Source: Octopus bimaculoides (lineage: Eukaryota). From it: a stretch of 64,000 nt of DNA. Shown piece after piece: positions 59,977 through 64,000 of this stretch. Positions within the stretch are counted from its first letter, which is position 1. Every line of letters starts with the position of its first letter. The notes under the pieces were generated by a model. That model was not told where the DNA came from. It saw nothing but the letters and a program-made list of their open reading frames with translations, and searched no databases. The position numbers were made by a program, and so were the translations under genes. The stretch spans positions 55,215,431 through 55,279,430 of the forward strand of contig NC_068993.1 in assembly GCF_001194135.2 (NCBI RefSeq), in the 5' to 3' direction.

Positions 59977-62900
59977 GTATATATATAGTAATAGGTTAGT
60001 ATGATCCAAAGATCCTGGTATTTGAAATTAGTAAGCCCCTGGCATGTATATTCAATATGCCTACCCCACCTGTATATATATATGTGAGCGGGGTTTTTTA
60101 CGTGACATAGTTATTTGCTTTTAGCTGAAATTCCTTTATTTTTAATCTTATTATCCTATTTTACTATGTTTCATTTCTCATTTTTTTCGTCTTCGTTTAT
60201 TTATGCTTTTATATATATTTTTGCCACCTAAATTCTATACATGGCATTTATTACTCCTTGTTTGGTTTATTACTCCTGTGTTAAGGATGCTCCAATAACT
60301 TACCTGTGTTAGATGTCAAAAATTATTGGTCAACTTAATGCACAATTGGTTTTGTTGTTGTTATCACCTCAATACCAATGTCCAAAGGAATTTCATTGCC
60401 CTTCCTTAGACTCTTATTCTCTTTAGTTCTTTCTACCTCACCGACCCCTCTACATGTTGTCCTTGTTTGATTAAATGACATCTATAAACATGCTTGCCTT
60501 GTTTCTTTTTGGGGTGACTTATCTACAAACATTTAATTTCATTGGTCATCAGATTTTGATTTTGCCTTTTTTTTCTTGACTCACAATTTTTGCTGTGACT
60601 AAAGATATACAAACACACACGCGTGCATACATACAATGGGCTTCTTTCCAGTTTCCGTCTACCAAATCCACTCACAAGGCTTTGGTCAGCTAAGGGTTAT
60701 AGCAGAAGACACTTGCCCAAGGTGCTACACGTTGGGACTGAACCAGGAGCCATGTGGTTGGGAAGCAAATTTCTTACCAGCCAGCCATGCCATTGCCTAT
60801 GCCTACATAAATATAAAGAAAAAATGAGTACTGGGGTTGCTTAGCTTGATTAAATCTCTCGAGGCAGTGCTCCAGCATGGCCACAGTCTAATGACTGAAA
60901 AAAGCAATATATATATGTATGTATATATATATATATATAAATATATATATATATACATATATATATATAAACACACATGCATACATGCACCCACACCCAC
61001 ACACACTCAAGCTCTTTTTTTACAGGGTGAAGTGCTGGAACAGCCAGCCGCTCTCATGAGCTTCATTTGATTTTCTGGTGAGATGGGATCCTAACAATGA
61101 CAAATATTCATTTATTTGTCTGAATAATACCAGAAAATAACGACACTCATCAAACAATATATTGATTACTTCTTGTAGAAAACATTTTGATAATATTTTA
61201 CAAAAATGCACATGTATATGGAGATAGGCAGAAACAACAATGAGTAGTTTCTTGCTTGTGCAAAACCACCACTAGTTCTCATAAAGCCTATCATCATGTG
61301 CTCCCATGGTAACTAGCACCATAGTGACAGCTTCATTCTTCGACTGTCTCCATAACATCTCTATTTCCATTCATATTTATTATTATTGCTACAACTCTCT
61401 CTACACATACAGAAAACGCTTCAGCCCTGGAAAACTATCTGTTTAGTATGATAGCTTGATAAATGCACTTAGTTCACACTCTAGAGTGGTTTTCAGATAG
61501 GGAGCAGAGGTGTGGCCAGGTTCTAAAATTAGGGTGAGCAAGCACATGAAAAAAAAAGGTGCTGTCACACATACCAATTTTTAACACATTTCTCTTATAT
61601 TACACCAAATATTTAATTTGTTGTAATATGCGTAAATGTATTTTACATTCATTAATTTCAAGTTTCAGTAACAATGTCGTTATATATGAAAGTCACAACT
61701 ACTGATATTAGTGACTAACGAGTTTTTAAAAAATTGTTGAAGAGGCACCAATTTTGAAAAATGTGCTTGGAGGAAGTGATCATTTCCCTAGCTCCCCTTT
61801 TAAGGGGTGCACTGTCATCATTATCATCATCTTTGTCGTTGTAGTCATCATTGTCATCATCATCATCATCATCATCATTTGATGTCCACTTTTCCATGTT
61901 TGCATAAAGCAGAGGGAATTTGTTGAGGCAAATTTTCTACAGGCACATGCCCTTCCTATGGAAAACCCTCATCTATTTCCCAAGCAAGGTAATATTTCGC
62001 CATGGCTAGACATGTTTTCCACAGATGACAGGAAACTAACAACATTGCTTGTATAATGGTAATGCTTACTTACAACCATGGGTACACTCAAACATACACA
62101 CAGACATATATATGTGATGATGTGTGCAAAATATATCATTGGTTATGATACATTCCTATACCACCTGATTGATTTTGTGAGTGACCTACTTCCCCAGATG
62201 TTTTCAGCATTTCAGTGACTCTATCTGATCACCCAGTTGTATCCCCTGCCTTCATATCCTAAACTGGGCTTGCAACCAGACTATTGTCAATTTCAGTGAC
62301 TGATTCTTTTGTTGGGTCTATTTCAGGTACAACTTCTGTTTCGTATGCAGTCTCCCCTCTCAAAAACATTTCATAATAGCATTTCCTTTTCGTATAGTGA
62401 GGGCAAGTGTGCTGTTTAACCTTCTATCCACACTTCTCTCTCATGACATCTGGATTTTCTTTCACATACAACCTTGCAATCCAGAATATTCCACTCTTCT
62501 GATCTTCATATTACCAAGCAGATGCAAGCCTTTTACTTTATACCTGACCTGTAGCTTCTCTTCTAGCTACACACTTTACTCTTTCCTATGCATTTTTTCC
62601 AGGTTTGTCTCTTAACTTTTGACTCTGTCTACAGTGTTGCACCATTACCTTCTCTTTGGCCTCAGATCCTATCTGTAGCCTTTGGCAGGTTGTCTTACAA
62701 GAACTACCAGTTGTCCTCAATGTCTCCATCTACTCTTTCTTTATTTTCATCTTTTAGTCAGTAAAGAAGGCAGTATCTATGAGGTTACTGTAGGGTCTGT
62801 GAGACTGGATGGAGGGAGGGAAGGAGGCATTCCAAAGCAGGAACCTGGCCTGAAAGCTCACCACAGAATAGATTCTGCTAAAGGCACCTAAGATGTGCAG

Positions 62901-63339
62901 GTGCCAGGTGGTGGTGGTATTAAACCAGGTGACAAGTCTACCACGCAAGTAAGCTGCAGCAGGATTTGAACTCAGAATGCAAAGTACTGGCACAAATATT
63001 GCAACCCATTCAATCTGATATTCTTTGAGCCCCCACTAATTCACTACCTGGCTTTTTATCGAATCCAAAAGGAATGAAAGGCAAAGTTAACCTCAGTGGG
63101 ACTTGAGCTCAGAACATAATGAGTAAGAACAAATGCCACAAAATGTTCTGTTTGAATCTCTAATGACTTTTCCAATGCATTAATTATTATTTCTTTGCAC
63201 TTATAACTCATAGATGTCCCCTTTCAGCTTCCATATCTTCTTTCATCAGACTTTCTTGTGTCTTTAAGTCTACCTAGCTCTTACCTGAAAAATCACTAAC
63301 TACTGTTCTATCTTGTTATCTGGTAGATTATTCATCAGG

Positions 63340-63610
63340 AAGAGATTTAGTATTCATGATTGTTCCATTTCTTGGTGAGTATATAGCTTATCTGGCCTAT
63401 CTGTTCACCTGATTGGTCTGTTATTAAGTGTCTTGCTGCTTTCCTGAAATTTACACCAGTGAGCAATAGGAACCTAGTTTGCCCTTCATACTCTGTACTA
63501 TAAGGATAGCTTTTATGTGTGTCAGGGAATCCATCATATTGTAGCTCAACATTTCCATTAAAATTGCCAATTCTGATAATGAAGTCATTATCATTCATAA
63601 GCAAAGTAGC
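63340..63610 (-). mobile_element. Decayed LINE AP-endonuclease domain (RTE-like)
   Basis: IRIGNFNGNV..QYDGF...EGQTRFLLL...FRKAARHLITDQSG...QISYILTKK resembles APE motifs GDFN...HLITY.SG...QIDYIL. Confidence 0.65.
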
Positions 63611-64000
63611 CTATAAAACAATCTTCTAAAAATCAGTACTTCTCTTCATCTGACAGACTGTTGTACATAGACACAGACAATTGCCACTGTCCTACTGTGC
63701 ATTCTTATGAGGTGGTATCAAAAGATTCCTGGACTAGTTCTGTAGAGCGCCAACAGATGGCAGCATACAGTTGCATGCACAGTGAGAGCTAGCAGTAACC
63801 TTCATGAGGTAGTGTACCAAGTGACATTGCTGTGTCTACTTCACAAGTTGTAAAATTTGCGATTACAGGGTACACGTGTCTGTGGAGTGCTCAGCCACTT
63901 GCACATTAATTTCACGAGCAGGCTGTTCTGTTGATCGGATCAACTGGAACCCTCACCGTCATAAGCGACGGAGTGCCACGTATATATATATATATATATA

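Overview
Animal genomic DNA: AT-rich, microsatellite- and SINE-dense, with several N gaps. The repeat families look like those of a coleoid cephalopod (Octopus-like); this is my inference. Two protein-coding genes sit head-to-head, with only 205 bp between their ATGs. (1) A minus-strand FANCB (Fanconi anaemia group B) orthologue, not visible as a whole in the ORF track. I assembled it by hand from 8 coding exons (45408->8529, ~866 aa). All phases join (0,0,0,0,2,1,2); it needs one GC-AG intron and has a 20.9 kb last intron. (2) A plus-strand intronless 14-3-3 epsilon-type gene (45614-46399) followed 2 nt after the stop by an 18-nt A-run. The rest is mobile-element debris (RTE, CR1-like, R4/Dong and Penelope retroelements, mariner remnants, piggyBac- and mariner-type MITEs, tRNA-derived SINEs) plus many fold-back elements. 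The most unexpected signal is three different minimal type-I hammerhead ribozyme motifs in three different sequence contexts. One has a canonical core (1515-1558). One forms the 3' end of a tRNA-headed, (AAT)n-containing SINE (12093-12138; decayed copy at 31715-31760). One has a G3-C8 swapped core (36249-36299). A CpG-retaining island with CRE/AP-1 motifs inside the last FANCB intron suggests an unannotated promoter.
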